Assembly (NCBI RefSeq): GCF_011386835.1
Contig: NC_088794.1
Span: forward strand, 4,836,001-4,900,000
Direction: 5' to 3'
From: Chrysemys picta bellii
Taxonomy: Eukaryota
Length of the DNA: 64,000 nucleotides
How positions within the stretch are numbered: the stretch's first letter is position 1; the number at the start of each line of letters is the position of its first letter. A program made the translations under genes and the position numbers. Shown here piece by piece: positions 33,490 through 46,019 of the stretch. The notes under the pieces are model-generated. The model did not search any database. It was not told the DNA's origin and saw only the letters and a program-made list of their open reading frames with translations.

Positions 33490-34963
33490 TACATTATCAA
33501 AAATATTGTATTAATATTTACAATGAGAGCATGACTATTTCTAGTTGACTCATAGCTTTATTTAGCATCTTAAAGCTGAGCTCTGAGTGCAGATAATATG
33601 CATGCAAGAGGGATAGTTTTGTGAACTGCAGAAATCCGTAGCACGCTGTGGTCTCCTCCTGAGCTCCTCTGGTCATCATGTGATCTCCATGAAGCAAAAT
33701 GAGTGCACCTATCCTTCCTACTTTGGGGAGTAACCTAGCAAGGGAAGGACATAGAATACCATGGTGATTAGCATGGTATAAATAGATGGATAATCTGGAG
33801 TACTCTTACATGTCTTACAGGTTTTACATTCCACCTATTGGGGCCAGGACACTGAGGTGATTCTGAAACCAGGAATGACTGACAAGATATCAGTTACAGC
33901 TACAAACAATTAGTACATTTCACCTGTATGTAACTTTCTGTTCCTTTGATTCGAAATTTGTTGAAATTTTTTTATGAGATCTGTTTTTGCTGGGAAATTG
34001 GATTTTCCATTCAACTATTTTTTCCATGAAAATATCTTTTACTTGGAAATTATGAGTTTCTCATCAAAATACCAAACTCCCCATCTCCCTAAACCATGGC
34101 TCTGGGACTCTGGTGATGTTCCAGGGAAGTTCAGCAAGAGGAGAGACCATCATGCATCATGGGGTATGTGGTCCAGCCTGGGAGCCTGGCCCATAGAAGA
34201 GATTGGTGCTGTGTGGTATCTGATGCACCCCTGTGGTATTTCTGAGCAAAAAGATTTCGGTCTCGACAAACAAACCCCCTTTGTGGATCAGCTCTACACA
34301 GTAGCCGGCTTGCACTGAAAACAGCAGGATGAAATATACCCCTAACCTCATACTCTGTAACTCTGGTAGGAATTGCATCATTTAATAACAGAGTAGGAAA
34401 GAGTGGGCCAAATTAATCCCCAGGGCATGAATTAAACCGAAGGTGGCTTTGGTTCACTGAATGCATTAATTAGGTGTTATGTCTCTCTGAGCTCAGGTAT
34501 TCCCAGTTGCTCCAGTAATCATGTCCTACAGATCACACATCTCAGTATAAAACTTCCCGAATGCTCCAAACTGGCAGTTTCTGTCAATGGGGAAACACCA
34601 CCACATCTCTCTCTTCTCAGCAGGTACGTGTTATTATCCTGAATTACAGACACACACACACATACACACCATGATGATCAGCAGGTACTGAATTCAAGAC
34701 GTCCAGCACTAAAAGCCTCAGCCCCAACTCGTACCCCTGACTGAGATGATTTTCACCCTGATTCTCTTACAGCAGAGTCACAAGTCACTGTTTGCTGCTC
34801 GGATTAGTGAGCAGGAGTCTTCGTATGCGGGGCATGATTAACCTGCGTGTCAGTGTATTTACACTGTGTGTATTTTATCATACAACTGGAATGACCAGCT
34901 GTGAACATCCGCACCATCCACCTGCCCACATCTCTGTAGCTGCCAGATCTCTGTTCAGAGGAG

Positions 34964-35899
34964 ATGGAAAAGGGAAATCACTCGGAGGTGACTGAGTTCA
35001 TTCTCTCAGGACTTACAGATTGTCCGGAGCTGCAGGTCCTCCTGTTTGGGGTGTTCCTAGTGGTTTATGGTATCACCCTGGTGGGAAATGGGGGGATGAT
35101 CTTCTTAATCACCATTGATCCCCGACTCCACACCCCCATGTACTTTTTCCTCAGTAATTTGTCTTTCTGTGACCTCTGCTATTCCTCGATAATTTCCCCT
35201 AAGATGCTGCAAAATTTCTTAGCCGAGAGGAAAAGCATTTCTTACACTGCCTGCGCTGTGCAACAATATCTCTCAATTGTTTTTGGAGATGTTGAGTGCC
35301 TGTTGCTGGCGGTGATGGCGTATGACCGTTATGTGGCCATCTGTAACCCGCTGCTCTATACGGTCACCATGTCCAGGCAGCTTTGTAACCAACTAGTGGT
35401 TGGGGCATACGCTGTGGGGTTTGTGGATTTAGTTATTCAGTGTTTTACATTTCGGCTGTCATTCTGCAGCTCCAACATCATCAATCATTTCTTCTGTGAC
35501 GTCCCCCCCCTGTTGGGGCTCTCCTGTTCTGACACCCGCAACAATGAGATTGTGATGTTTGTTTTTATGAGCTGCATTCTAGTGAGCAGCCTTGTCACTG
35601 TCCTCCTCTCCTATGGCTATATCATCTCCACCATCCTGCAGATCCGCTCTGCCGAGGGGAGGCACAAAGCCTTCTCCACCTGCACTTTCCACTTGACTAC
35701 TATAGCCCTGTATTTTGGCACCCTCCTCTTCATGTATTTACGTCCCACCTACAGCTATTCCATGGACACAGACAAAGTGGCCTCAGTGTTTTACACGCTG
35801 GTGATCCCCATGCTGAACCCCCTCATCTACAGCCTGAGGAACACGGAGGTGAAGGATGCCGTGAAGAGAGCAATGAATAAACTCCTAACCAATTTTTGA
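34964..35899 (+). CDS. Olfactory receptor, class II, 311 aa (OR#5)
   Basis: Intact ORF with canonical motifs. Confidence 0.97.
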   Translation: MEKGNHSEVTEFILSGLTDCPELQVLLFGVFLVVYGITLVGNGGMIFLITIDPRLHTPMYFFLSNLSFCDLCYSSIISPKMLQNFLAERKSISYTACAVQQYLSIVFGDVECLLLAVMAYDRYVAICNPLLYTVTMSRQLCNQLVVGAYAVGFVDLVIQCFTFRLSFCSSNIINHFFCDVPPLLGLSCSDTRNNEIVMFVFMSCILVSSLVTVLLSYGYIISTILQIRSAEGRHKAFSTCTFHLTTIALYFGTLLFMYLRPTYSYSMDTDKVASVFYTLVIPMLNPLIYSLRNTEVKDAVKRAMNKLLTNF

Positions 35900-36317
35900 A
35901 TCTGTTTAACTCTTTACTCATTTAGTGATGGGGAGTGGAAACAGGTGAATTCAATTCCCAGCCCATTGCAATGTAATTTTGCAGAGCCGGTGGGAATATT
36001 GTTCATTATTGTATTGTTATTATTTTTAATTTGTTTGTATTCCAACAAGGTCTTCAGGCCCCAAATGAGATCAGTGGACAAAATACGGGAAGAATCACAG
36101 GTCCAGAAAGAGAGATTGATTCTATAAGCTGTTGGCGAGGGGCACCCACTTGGAGGGTGAGATGCTCAACTTCATATCTCTGTTCCAGTTGTTATTTAAT
36201 TAGTTATCCACAGTAGAACAACTCTGAAAGGAGTGATTGAGAGCAACCCAGACTGGAATTGCACAGCACTCAGGGGCTGGGATGCTTTCTGGAAATGCAG
36301 GAAATACAAGTGCATAG

Positions 36318-37407
36318 CGTGACAGGTTCGGTCACAAAGACCCCCGTTGGGACTGTCACTTGATGTGCTGAAATTACCTCTGATCCCATTTTACCTGCCA
36401 GCCTGGACCTCCAGAACCCTACCTGCTCAGAACCCAGAACCAGCTCAGCAGGATACCTGTCTCCAGCACGCTGACACCCAGCTCCGAACGGGATCTAAAC
36501 CCCAAATAAATCCATTTTACTCTGTATAAAGCTTATGCAGGGTAAATGGTAAATGTTCCCCATCTATATCACTGCAAGAGAGCTATGCACAGCTGTTTGC
36601 CCCCCAAGGTAACAATTACTTACACTGAGTTTATAAATAAACAAAAGTGATTTTATTAACTATAAAAAGAAGTATTTAAGTGGTTTTCAGTAGTAACAGA
36701 CAGAACAAAGTAAATCACAAAGTAAAATAAAGCAAAACACGCAAGGCTAAGCTTAATACACTCAGAAATCAGTTACTAATGTTAACTTCTCACCCCAGTT
36801 GTTACTTCAGGTAAAATTCTTCTCAAGTCAGATAGAAAAGTCTGGACTCAGGTCAGAAAAGGTCACCCACCCCTGTAGTTACAGTCCTTTTGTTTCCAGG
36901 TATCTCTGTGGGGTGGGGAGGCCATCTTTTCAGCCAGCTGAAGACACTCATTGTTTGCTTCTCCCACTTCATATAGAACTTCCCTAAGGTGGAAAACCTT
37001 TGTTTGGAATTCCCCCCCACCCCCTGGAAAAGTACCAGATTCAAGATGGATTTCAGTATCAGGTGACATGGTCGCATGTCACTGTAAGACCGCAGTCTCC
37101 ATTCTTCCTGAGTTGGCCCACATGTACACAGGAAGATTGGCAGGTAAACAGCCATTCAGAGTTCATTGTTTCTGAAGCACCGTTAATGGCCTCCACTTAA
37201 TATGTCTCCATCAGTGATACAAGTTTATATCTTATTCTCCTAACTCCAGACATAGAAATAAACCATGTAAACCAATGGGATGAACACACTTAGTAGATTA
37301 TAACCTTTCTAATGATATGCTACATGGGGCACTTACCATAAAGCATATTCCAGTTATGTCATAAGCAGAACCATATTTTCATAAAGCATATGGAGTGCAG
37401 TGTCACA
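36318..37407 (-). mobile_element. Solo LTR family A (with internal deletion)
   Basis: CGTGACAGG...AGTGTCACA termini; flanks CATAG/CTTAG. Confidence 0.8.
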
Positions 37408-38459
37408 CTTAGCTCTGCCCAGTACTGGACAGAAGGGGGAACTGAACCCAGATCTCCCACCTCACAGGTGAACATCCCAACTATTGGGCTAAAAATTACA
37501 AAGTGGAGGACGACCACTGCCTCCTACAGTGGCTGGGTTGCAACCGGCACCTAAATCCTCCTGCCCCCCCCCCCCCCACCCACACACACATTGTTTTGGG
37601 ACAAAGCTATTAGGAGTATTTGTATCACATTTGTGAATAGTTTCAGGTCAATCCAAATTATTAATCCAGAAGAAATTCACCCATTTCTAGACACCTTTTC
37701 ACCCTAATGCTGGGAAATTATTTAAAGATGCATTTGGAGACATGACCAACACATGAAGTGGAATACATTCACCTCAGTTTTGTATCATATTAAAAAGACC
37801 TCACAGGAGAGACAGCGATCCAGACCAGCTGCTGCTCTGGCCCTCTGTGTTCCATTTCCACAAGGAAAGTCATGGCAAAAACATTAATCGCATGTGCTGT
37901 GCACACCTGTTGTCCTGGGAGCAAAGATGCTCCAGGGAGCAAATCTCAAAGTCATCAAAGCCAAATTTAACCTCTAGTGCCCAAGGAAGCAGCTACAGAA
38001 GTATTAAGGTTAATGTTGGTGTGGTTAGCAAACAGGGAAAGATTCGTCTCTAAGTCTGATTTTAGGGTTCTGAGCAGGTACTGCTTCCGTCCTCAACTCA
38101 TTGTAAGTGAAGGGAGGAAAAACAAAGTGGTGCCACCAAGTCTTGGGCAAACAAATCAGTTTCAGAGCATTTCGGCCTTTAATTGAAATGACAGTGAGCC
38201 ATTCATGGGAGGGAAAGGAAGGAATTATCCTGAGGGGAGAAATTTCTACTGTTCTGAACACATTTACCTATCAAAAGAAGGAAAGGGCTTTACCAAGGGA
38301 GGGAGAAGAGTGATGGAAAAGGAGAGAGAAATAGCTTTAAAAGGAAGGGGGAAAACTCCCCCATCGATTCAGGGAATGTCTATACTAAAGCCATTACATT
38401 GACTCAGCTATGGTGTGCAGCAGCGCCGTAGTGTAGATTGTTTCCACATTGATGGAAGG

Positions 38460-38690
38460 TTTCAGAGTAGCAGCCGTGTTAGTCTGTATCCGCAAAAAGA
38501 AGAACAGGAGGACTTGTGGCACCTTAGAGACTAACAAATTTATTAGAGCATAAGCTTTCGTGGACTACAGCCCACTTCTTCGGATGTTCCATTCTATATG
38601 CATCCGAAGAAGTGGGCTGTAGTCCACGAAAGCTTATGCTCTAATAAATTTGTTAGTCTCTAAGGCGCCACAAGTCCTCCTGTTCTTCTT
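38460..38690. mobile_element. Penelope-like retroelement terminal fragment in inverted configuration
   Basis: TTCAGAGTAGCAGCCGTGTTAGTCTG... terminus; 90-bp inverted arms at 38497-38586 and 38601-38690 (1 mismatch); 12-bp TSD ATTGATGGAAGG; empty site at about 59839. Confidence 0.8.
38600..38639 (+). ncRNA. Minimal type I hammerhead ribozyme-like motif (Penelope-associated)
   Basis: GCAT-CCGAAGA-A-GTGGGC(TGTA)GTCCAC-GAAA-GCTT-ATGC: stem I GCAT/ATGC, 6-bp stem II, palindromic AAGCTT helix III, core U4 changed to C. Mirror copy on the minus strand at 38548-38586. Confidence 0.6.
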
Positions 38691-38737
38691 ATTGATGGAA
38701 GGGTTTTTCCATCGATGTAGTTAATCCACGTCTCCGA

Positions 38738-39022
38738 GGCTTGGTCTACACTACACCCCTAATTCGAACTAAGGTATGCAACTTCAGCTACGTGAATAAC
38801 GTAGCTGAAGTCGAAGTACCTTAGTTCGAACTTACCTTGGTCCACACTCGGCAGGCAGGCTCCCCCGTCGACTCCGCGGTACTCCTCTCGCCGAGCTGGA
38901 GTACTGCAGTCGACGGCGAGCACTTCCGGGTTCGACTTATCGCGTCCAGACTAGACGCGATAAGTCGAACCCAGAAGTTCGATTGCCAGCCGCCGAACTA
39001 GCGGGTAAGTGTAGCCAAGGCC
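38738..39022. mobile_element. Young Harbinger-like MITE (285 bp)
   Basis: Ends GGCTTGGTCTACACT / AGTGTAGCCAAGGCC; 3-bp TSD CGA; empty site TCTCCGAGAGGC at 59881; CpG-rich with intact internal hairpins. Confidence 0.8.
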
Positions 39023-39105
39023 CGAGAGGCAGTAGTTAGCTCAGTGGAAGAATTACACTGAGGGTCAGCACAAGCTAACTCCCTCGCACAGGGAGTGAAA
39101 AGTTT

Positions 39106-41193
39106 CCCTGCCTGGTGTGCTTTGTTTCCCCTTCCACACAACAGCCTAACTGGGTTCCCTCTGGGCCAGACACTCCTGCGTCCCCAAAAGGGAAGGTGAC
39201 CCAGGTCCAGTTGTGGGCTCCCAGCTACCAGCTTTGACAGCCCTTCACTGGCCAGCAAAATCCCCTTCTTTCCCCCAGGTTAGGCTTGCTTCCAGCTACA
39301 GAGTCCCTGGGGTCTGTTCCCACCACAGTGGTTACCAGGACCCCAACTTCCACCATGTTTCTGTGCACCCCAGGGCAGGGCCTGTCCTCTGTCGACCTGC
39401 ATCTTCCTGGAAGTCAACCCTGGGATAGATTCTGCCATATCAAAGAAATCATTCCCCTGTTGAAACGGTGCATAATTGTGTGCCACTGTTGCAACAGTCA
39501 GCTCAGCTTGCAAATCACCACTTTCCAGGTGTACCTTAGCTAACGGTGCAACGACTTTGTAACCTCCCACCAGTTCTAATTCTGCCATTTTCCCTGCAAC
39601 AAATCGTTCTCCTGGATCAGGTCCCTCCTGACCACAGAAATGTCTGCACCCGTGTCCCTCAAGCCTAGGAGTACTTTCGCCTTAAGTTTAACTGCATGCA
39701 TATGCTCACGGCTTCGTTGTGTAGAAGCAAACTTTACAAATCCTGTGTGGAAAGAGGCAGTAGCCTGGCCCTCAGACGCAGCAGTTTCATGTGTTACCTG
39801 CTGCCTGTTCCCACTCAGCAAGGGACATTTATTCCTCTGCGCTCAGTGGACTTACAATGAAAGCACCTCTTGGGCTCCTCTGCTTGTATAGGGATAAAAC
39901 AGTGATTCTGCTTTCCACCAACCCTGCACCCCTCTACCCCCAGCGCTGCATCCCTCTACCCCCAGCCCTGCACCCCTCTACCCCCAGCCCCGCACCCCTC
40001 TACCCCCAGCCCTGCACCCCTTTACCCTCAACCCTGTACCCCTCTACCCCCAGCCCCGCACCCCTCTACCCCCAGCCCTGCACCCCTCTACCCCCAGCCC
40101 TGTACCCCTCTACCCTCAACCCTGTACCCCTCTGCCAGCAGTTTACGTTTAATTGCCACTTGCGATGGCTCAAAAGAGTCTCCAAACTCCACACCCTGCA
40201 TCCACATTTTTGTCCCACTAATACTGTTTTACATCATCACTGCACATATTCAGGAATTGTTCCTGAGTAAGCAAATCACACATTTCTTCCAAGCTTGTCA
40301 TGCCTTTTCCCCTCACGCACTTATCTAACAAATCTCTCATTTCATTTATATAAGCCACATTACTCAATCCAGATCCCCTTTTAAGATTCCTGAATTTAAC
40401 CCTGTAGGTTTCTGGTATAATCTGAAACTGTTTCAAAACCAGTTCCTTAAATTTACCATAGTTTCAAGCATCATTAATAGGCATCTTTTTGAATATGTCC
40501 AGAGCTCTCCCAGTCCATTTTGCTACCAATGTGGTCATTCTTTGATTGTCAGGAATTGTACGGAGGGGGCACAGTCTCTCAAAGGTGATGAAATATTTGG
40601 CAATGTCACTCATCAGACAGCGGACATAGTCATTCCCATTTGTGGAGTTTTGGGGAAGTGGGGCCAGCTGCTGGAGGGTTTTGTCTCTTCCCCTCCATAA
40701 CAGCCAGTTCATGTTTCTGGGCCTCAATCTGGGCCTGTGTTTCTCTGTCTCTTAACTCCAGGGCCAATTTGTCCCTGGCTGCCTCTGCTTCCATAGCCCT
40801 TTTGTGCGCAGTTGTCTCTGCTTCTTTGAACTTCAGTTGAAACTCCCGGTCCTTTGCCTTCTCCTCTGCTTCCAGTCTGGCCAGCTCTAGTTTAGCAGGT
40901 GCCTGCACTCAGCTCAGGGGCTTCTTAGTTAACAAAGACTTTCCCAGCGCCCAGTGTTCAGCCTTTCTGGGCAGTCTGCAACTTGCGCAGTTCCAGCTTC
41001 TTCTGATCTTCACTCTTACTTATTCTGCTTATTTTTCTGTCCCTATTTCCCTTACTCAAAATAAGGAAACAGAAAATAACAAACAAGTCACCACTTTGTC
41101 TGTTCTCCACCCACCAGACCCAAAACTCACTTAAAATCACTACCAGTGTTTCAAAGCAATCAGCTGTGCACAGATCCTGTTCAACTTTGCCAC
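39106..41193 (-). mobile_element. Internally deleted SCAN-gag Gypsy retrotransposon, copy 3
   Basis: Gag/SCAN at about 39820-40908 and protease at about 39430-39695; 10-unit minisatellite at 39918-40137; left junction differs from copies 1 and 2. Confidence 0.85.
39918..40137. repeat. 22-bp minisatellite, 10 units
   Basis: CCAGCCCTGCACCCCTCTACCC variants, counted directly. Confidence 0.9.
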
Positions 41194-42347
41194 TGTCACG
41201 GGTTGGGTCACAGAAACCAGTTTGGGACTGCACCCGATGTGCCGAGACTACCTCTGAGACTGTTTTCCCTGCCAGCTTTCCCTTGCCTGCTGCAAACACC
41301 GATCCAAGTCTTAACCACGTCCCCCACAAGCTGCAGGCTTCAGTGAAAACATTTTATGAAGTCCTCCTGTCTCTAGTACTCAGATACCCAGCTCCCAGTG
41401 GGGTCCAAACCTCAAATAAATCCATTTTACCCTGTATAAAGCTTATACATTTAAACTCTTGAATTGTTCGCCCTCTATAACACTGATACAGAGATATGCA
41501 CAGCGGTTTGCTCCCCCCCCCCAGGTATTAAAACATACTCTGGGTTAATAAATAAGTAAAAAGTGATTTCATTAAATACAAAAAGTAGGATTTAAGTGGT
41601 TCCAAGTAATAACAGACAGAATAAAGTAAATTACCAAACACAATAAAACAAAACATGCAAGTCTGAGACTAATACAGTAAAAACTAAATGCAGGTAAATC
41701 TCACCCTCACAGATCTTCCAATAAGCCTCTTTTACAGACTAGACTCAATCCTAGTCTAGGTCCAGCAATCACTCACACCCCTGTAGTTACTGTCCTCTGT
41801 TTCAGTTTCTTTCAGACATCTCCTTGGTATGGAGAGGCTATCTTTTGTGCCAGCTGAAGATAAAACGGAGGGGTTTCCCCAGGAACTTATATAGTTTTTC
41901 TCCTGTGGGTGGAACCCCCTTCCCCTCTCCCATACAGAATCTAGCTCCAAGATGGAGGTTTGGAATCACATGGGCAAGTCACATGTCCATGCATGACGCA
42001 GTTCCTTACAGGCCGATGCCACGTTCCCTGGAAAACTCAGATGTGGATTGGCGTCTCTCAAAGTTCATTGTTAGCTTAAGTGTTTCTTGATCGGGCACTT
42101 ACTGAGAATAGTCTTTTCTCAAGAAGCTGACCAACTGCTTCACTGTTTAAAATCAAACAAGTACATAGCCAGTATTCATAACTTTGAATACAAAAATGAG
42201 ATATGCAACCAAATAGGATGAATATGTCCAGCAGATCACAACCTTTGCAGAGATATGTTACATGGCCTATCTAGCATAAAACGTATTTCAGTTATGTCAT
42301 ATTTACACCCATAAGCATATTACTAGAAAGCATTATGGGGTGCAACA
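41194..42347 (-). mobile_element. Gypsy LTR family B (copy 3)
   Basis: TGTCACGGG...GGTGCAACA termini; PBS adjacent. Confidence 0.9.
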
Positions 42348-43528
42348 TCACACTCTGTTTCACGGACTATAAGTTATAGGAAATAAATAATATTAACAAA
42401 AGCATAATCGAGAGGGAGCTGGCGTGCTCGGAGATATTTTGTAGCAGCATCTGCCGAGATGCTGCAGAGATCTTCAGTGTTAACCACTAGTTTGGGGAAT
42501 ACCCTCCTTTTTGTAGCCTGCCCTGCCCGTGGCATTTTCAGTGAGGGCTGCCCCAGGCACCTCCGGGTCACAGGAGGCAGAGAAGCCAGGAGGAGGATTT
42601 ATGAGCATGACTCCTACAGGAAATTGGGGCATAGTGTTTCCTGGGCACAGACCTGGAGTGACAGACATGGGAATTTCTGAATAAGGGGATTCTGAAATTA
42701 GGAATAGGTGAGACCATCATGCATCATGGGGTATGTGGTCCAGCCTGGGAGCCTGGCCCATAGAGGAGATTGGTGCTGTGTGGTATCTGATGCACCCCTT
42801 TGGTATTTCTGAGCAAAAAGATTTCGGTCTTCACAAACAAACCCCCTTTGTGGATCAGCTCTACACAGTACCCGGCTTGCACTGAAAACAGCAGGATGAA
42901 ATATACCCTTAACCTCATACTCTGTAACTCTGGTAGAAATTGCATCATTTAATAACACAGTAGAAAAGAGTAGGCAAAATTAATCCCCAGGGCATGAATT
43001 ACACCGGAGTTGGCTTTGGTTCACTGAATGCATTTATTAGGTGTTATGGCTCTCTGAGCTCAGGTATTCCCAGTTGCTCCAGGAATCATGTCCCACAGAT
43101 GACACATCTCAATATAAAACTTCCCAAATGCTCCAAACTGGCAGTTACTGTCATTGGGGAAACACCACCACATCTCTCTCTTCTCAGCAGGTACGTGTTA
43201 TTATCCTGAATTACAGTCACACACACACATACACACCATAATGATCAGCAGGTATTAAATTCAAGACCTCCAGCACTAAAAGCCTCAGCCAACTCCTACC
43301 CCTGACTGAGATGATTTTCACCCTGATTCTCTTACAGCAGAGTCACAAGTCACTGTTTGCTGCTCGGATTAGTGAGCAGTTGTCTTCGTATGCGGGGCAT
43401 GATTAACCTGCGTGTCAGTATATTTACGCTGTGTGTATTTTATCATACAACTGGGATGACCAGCTGTGAACATCCGCACCATCCACCTGCCCACATCTCT
43501 GTAGCTGTCTGATCTCTGTTCAGAGGAG

Positions 43529-44464
43529 ATGGAAAAGGGAAATCACTCGGAGGTGACTGAGTTCATTCTCTCAGGACTAACAGATCGTCCGGAGCTGCAG
43601 GTCCTCCTGTTTGGGGTGTTCCTAGTGGTTTATGTTATCACCCTGGTGGGAAATGGGGGGATGATCTTCTTAATCACCATTGATCCCCGACTCCACACCC
43701 CCATGTACTTTTTCCTCAGTAATTTGTCTTTCTGTGATCTCTGCTATTCCTCGATAATTTCCCCTAAGATGCTGCAAAATTTCTTAGCCGAGAGGAAAAG
43801 CATTTCTTACACTGCCTGCGCTGTGCAACAATATCTCTCAATTGTTTTTGGAGATGTTGAGTGCCTGTTGCTGGCTGTGATGGCGTATGACCGTTATGTG
43901 GCCATCTGTAACCCACTGCTCTATACGGTCACCATGTCCAGGCAGCTTTGTAACCAACTAGTGGTTGGGGCGTACGCTGTGGGGTTTGTGGATTCAATGA
44001 TTCAGTGTTTTACATTTCGGCTGTCATTCTGCAGCTCCAACATCATCAATAACTTCTTCTGTGACGTCCCCCCCCTGTTGGCGCTCTCTTGTTCTGACAC
44101 CCGCAACAATGAGATTGCGATGTTTGTTTTTATGAGCTGCATTCTAGTGAGCAGCCTTGTCACTGTCCTCCTCTCCTATGTCTATATCATCTCCACCATC
44201 CTGCAGATCCGCTCCGCTGAGGGCCGGCACAAAGCCTTTTCCACTTGCACTTTCCACTTGACTGCTGTAGCCCTGTATTTTGGCACCCTCCTCTTCATGT
44301 ATTTACGTCCCACCTCCAGCTATTCCATGGACACAGACAAAGTGGCCTCAGTGTTTTACACGCTGGTGATGCCCATGTTGAACCCCCTCATCTACAGCCT
44401 GAGGAACACGGAGGTGAAAGATGCCGTGAAAAGAGCCATGAATAAAATCCTAACGAATTCTTGA
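43529..44464 (+). CDS. Olfactory receptor, class II, 311 aa (OR#6)
   Basis: Intact ORF with canonical motifs; HFFCD changed to NFFCD. Confidence 0.96.
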   Translation: MEKGNHSEVTEFILSGLTDRPELQVLLFGVFLVVYVITLVGNGGMIFLITIDPRLHTPMYFFLSNLSFCDLCYSSIISPKMLQNFLAERKSISYTACAVQQYLSIVFGDVECLLLAVMAYDRYVAICNPLLYTVTMSRQLCNQLVVGAYAVGFVDSMIQCFTFRLSFCSSNIINNFFCDVPPLLALSCSDTRNNEIAMFVFMSCILVSSLVTVLLSYVYIISTILQIRSAEGRHKAFSTCTFHLTAVALYFGTLLFMYLRPTSSYSMDTDKVASVFYTLVMPMLNPLIYSLRNTEVKDAVKRAMNKILTNS

Positions 44465-44876
44465 ATCTGTTTAACTCTTTATTCATTTCGTGATGGGGAG
44501 TGGAAACAGGTGAATTCAATTCCCAGCCCATTGCAATGTAATTTTGCAGAGCCGGTGGGAATATTGTTCATTATTATATTGTTCTTATTTTTAATTTGTT
44601 TGTATTCCAACAAGGTCTGCAGGCCCCAAATGAGATCAGTGGACAAAATACGGGAAGAATCACAGAAAGAGAGATTGATTCTATAAGCTGGTGGCTAGGG
44701 GCACCCACCTGGAGGGTGAGATGCTCCACTTCACGTCTCTGTTCCAATGGTTATTGAATTAGTTATCCACAGTAGAAGAACTTTGAAAGGAGAGATTGAG
44801 AGCAACCCAGACTGGAATTGCACATAACTCAGGGCCTGGGTTGCTTTCTGGAAATGCAGGAAACCCAAGTGCAGAG

Positions 44877-46019
44877 TGTGATGGGTTCGGTCACAGAGAC
44901 CCCCATTGGGACTGTCAACTGATGTGCTGAAATTACCTCTGATCGCATTTTCCCTGCCAGCCTGGACCTCCAGAACCCTGCCTTGTTGAGCCAGACATGC
45001 TAGCCTGCTGCAGCACAGACCCAGGGTCTCGGCTACGACCCCAGAGCTGCAGCTCTAGACTGAAACCAGCCCAGCAGGATACATGTCTCCAGCACGGTGA
45101 CACCCAGCTCCCAACGGATCTAAACCAAATAAATAAATACAGGGTAAAATGATTAATGTTCACCATCTATATCACTGCAAGAGAGCTATGCACAGCTGTT
45201 TGCCCCCCAAGGTAACCATTACTTACACTGAGTTTATAAATAAACAAAAGTGATTTTATTAAGTATAAAAAGAAGCATTTAAGTGGTTTTAAGTGGTAAC
45301 AGACAGAACAAAGTAAATCACAAAGTAAAATAAAGCAAAACATGCAAGGCTAAGCTTAATACTCCCCGAAATCAATTGCAAAATGTTAACTTCTCATCCC
45401 ATTTGTTACTTCAGGTAAAATCCTTCTCAGGTCAGATAAAAGAAACTGGACCCAGGTCAGAAAAGGTCAACCACTGCTGTGGTTATAATCCTTTTGTTTC
45501 CAGGTGCTTGCAGGTATCTCTGTGGTGGGTGAGGCCGTCTCTTATGCCAGCTGAAGACACTCATTGTTTGCTTCCCAAATTGATATAGAACTTCCCTAAG
45601 GTGGAAAACCCTTCTTTGGGTTTCCACCCCCGTCTGAAAAATTACAAGATTCAAGATGGATTTCAGTATCAGGTGACATGGTTACATGTCACTGTAAGAC
45701 CCCAGTCTCCATTCTTCCTGGGTTGGCCCACATGTACACAGGAAGGCTTGCAGGTAAACAGAGCCATTCACAGTTCAGTGATTCTGAAGCATCCTTAATG
45801 ACCTCCACTTAATATGTCTCCATCAGTAATACAAGTTTATATCTTATTCTCCTAACTCCAGACATAGAAATAGTCCATGCAAACAAATGGGATGAACACA
45901 CTTAGTAGATTATAACCTTTATAATGGTATGTTACATGGGGCACTTAGCATAAATCATATTCCAATTATGTCATATTCAGAAGCATATTTTCATAAAGCA
46001 TATGGAGTGCAGTGTTACA
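44877..46019 (-). mobile_element. Solo LTR family A
   Basis: TGTGATGGG...AGTGTTACA termini; flanks CAGAG/CATAG. Confidence 0.8.

Larger units (their letters stand above)
38372..39105. mobile_element. Old Harbinger-like MITE remnant hosting nested insertions
   Basis: Starts GGGAATGTCTATACT; uninterrupted paralog at 59765-60010. Confidence 0.55.
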
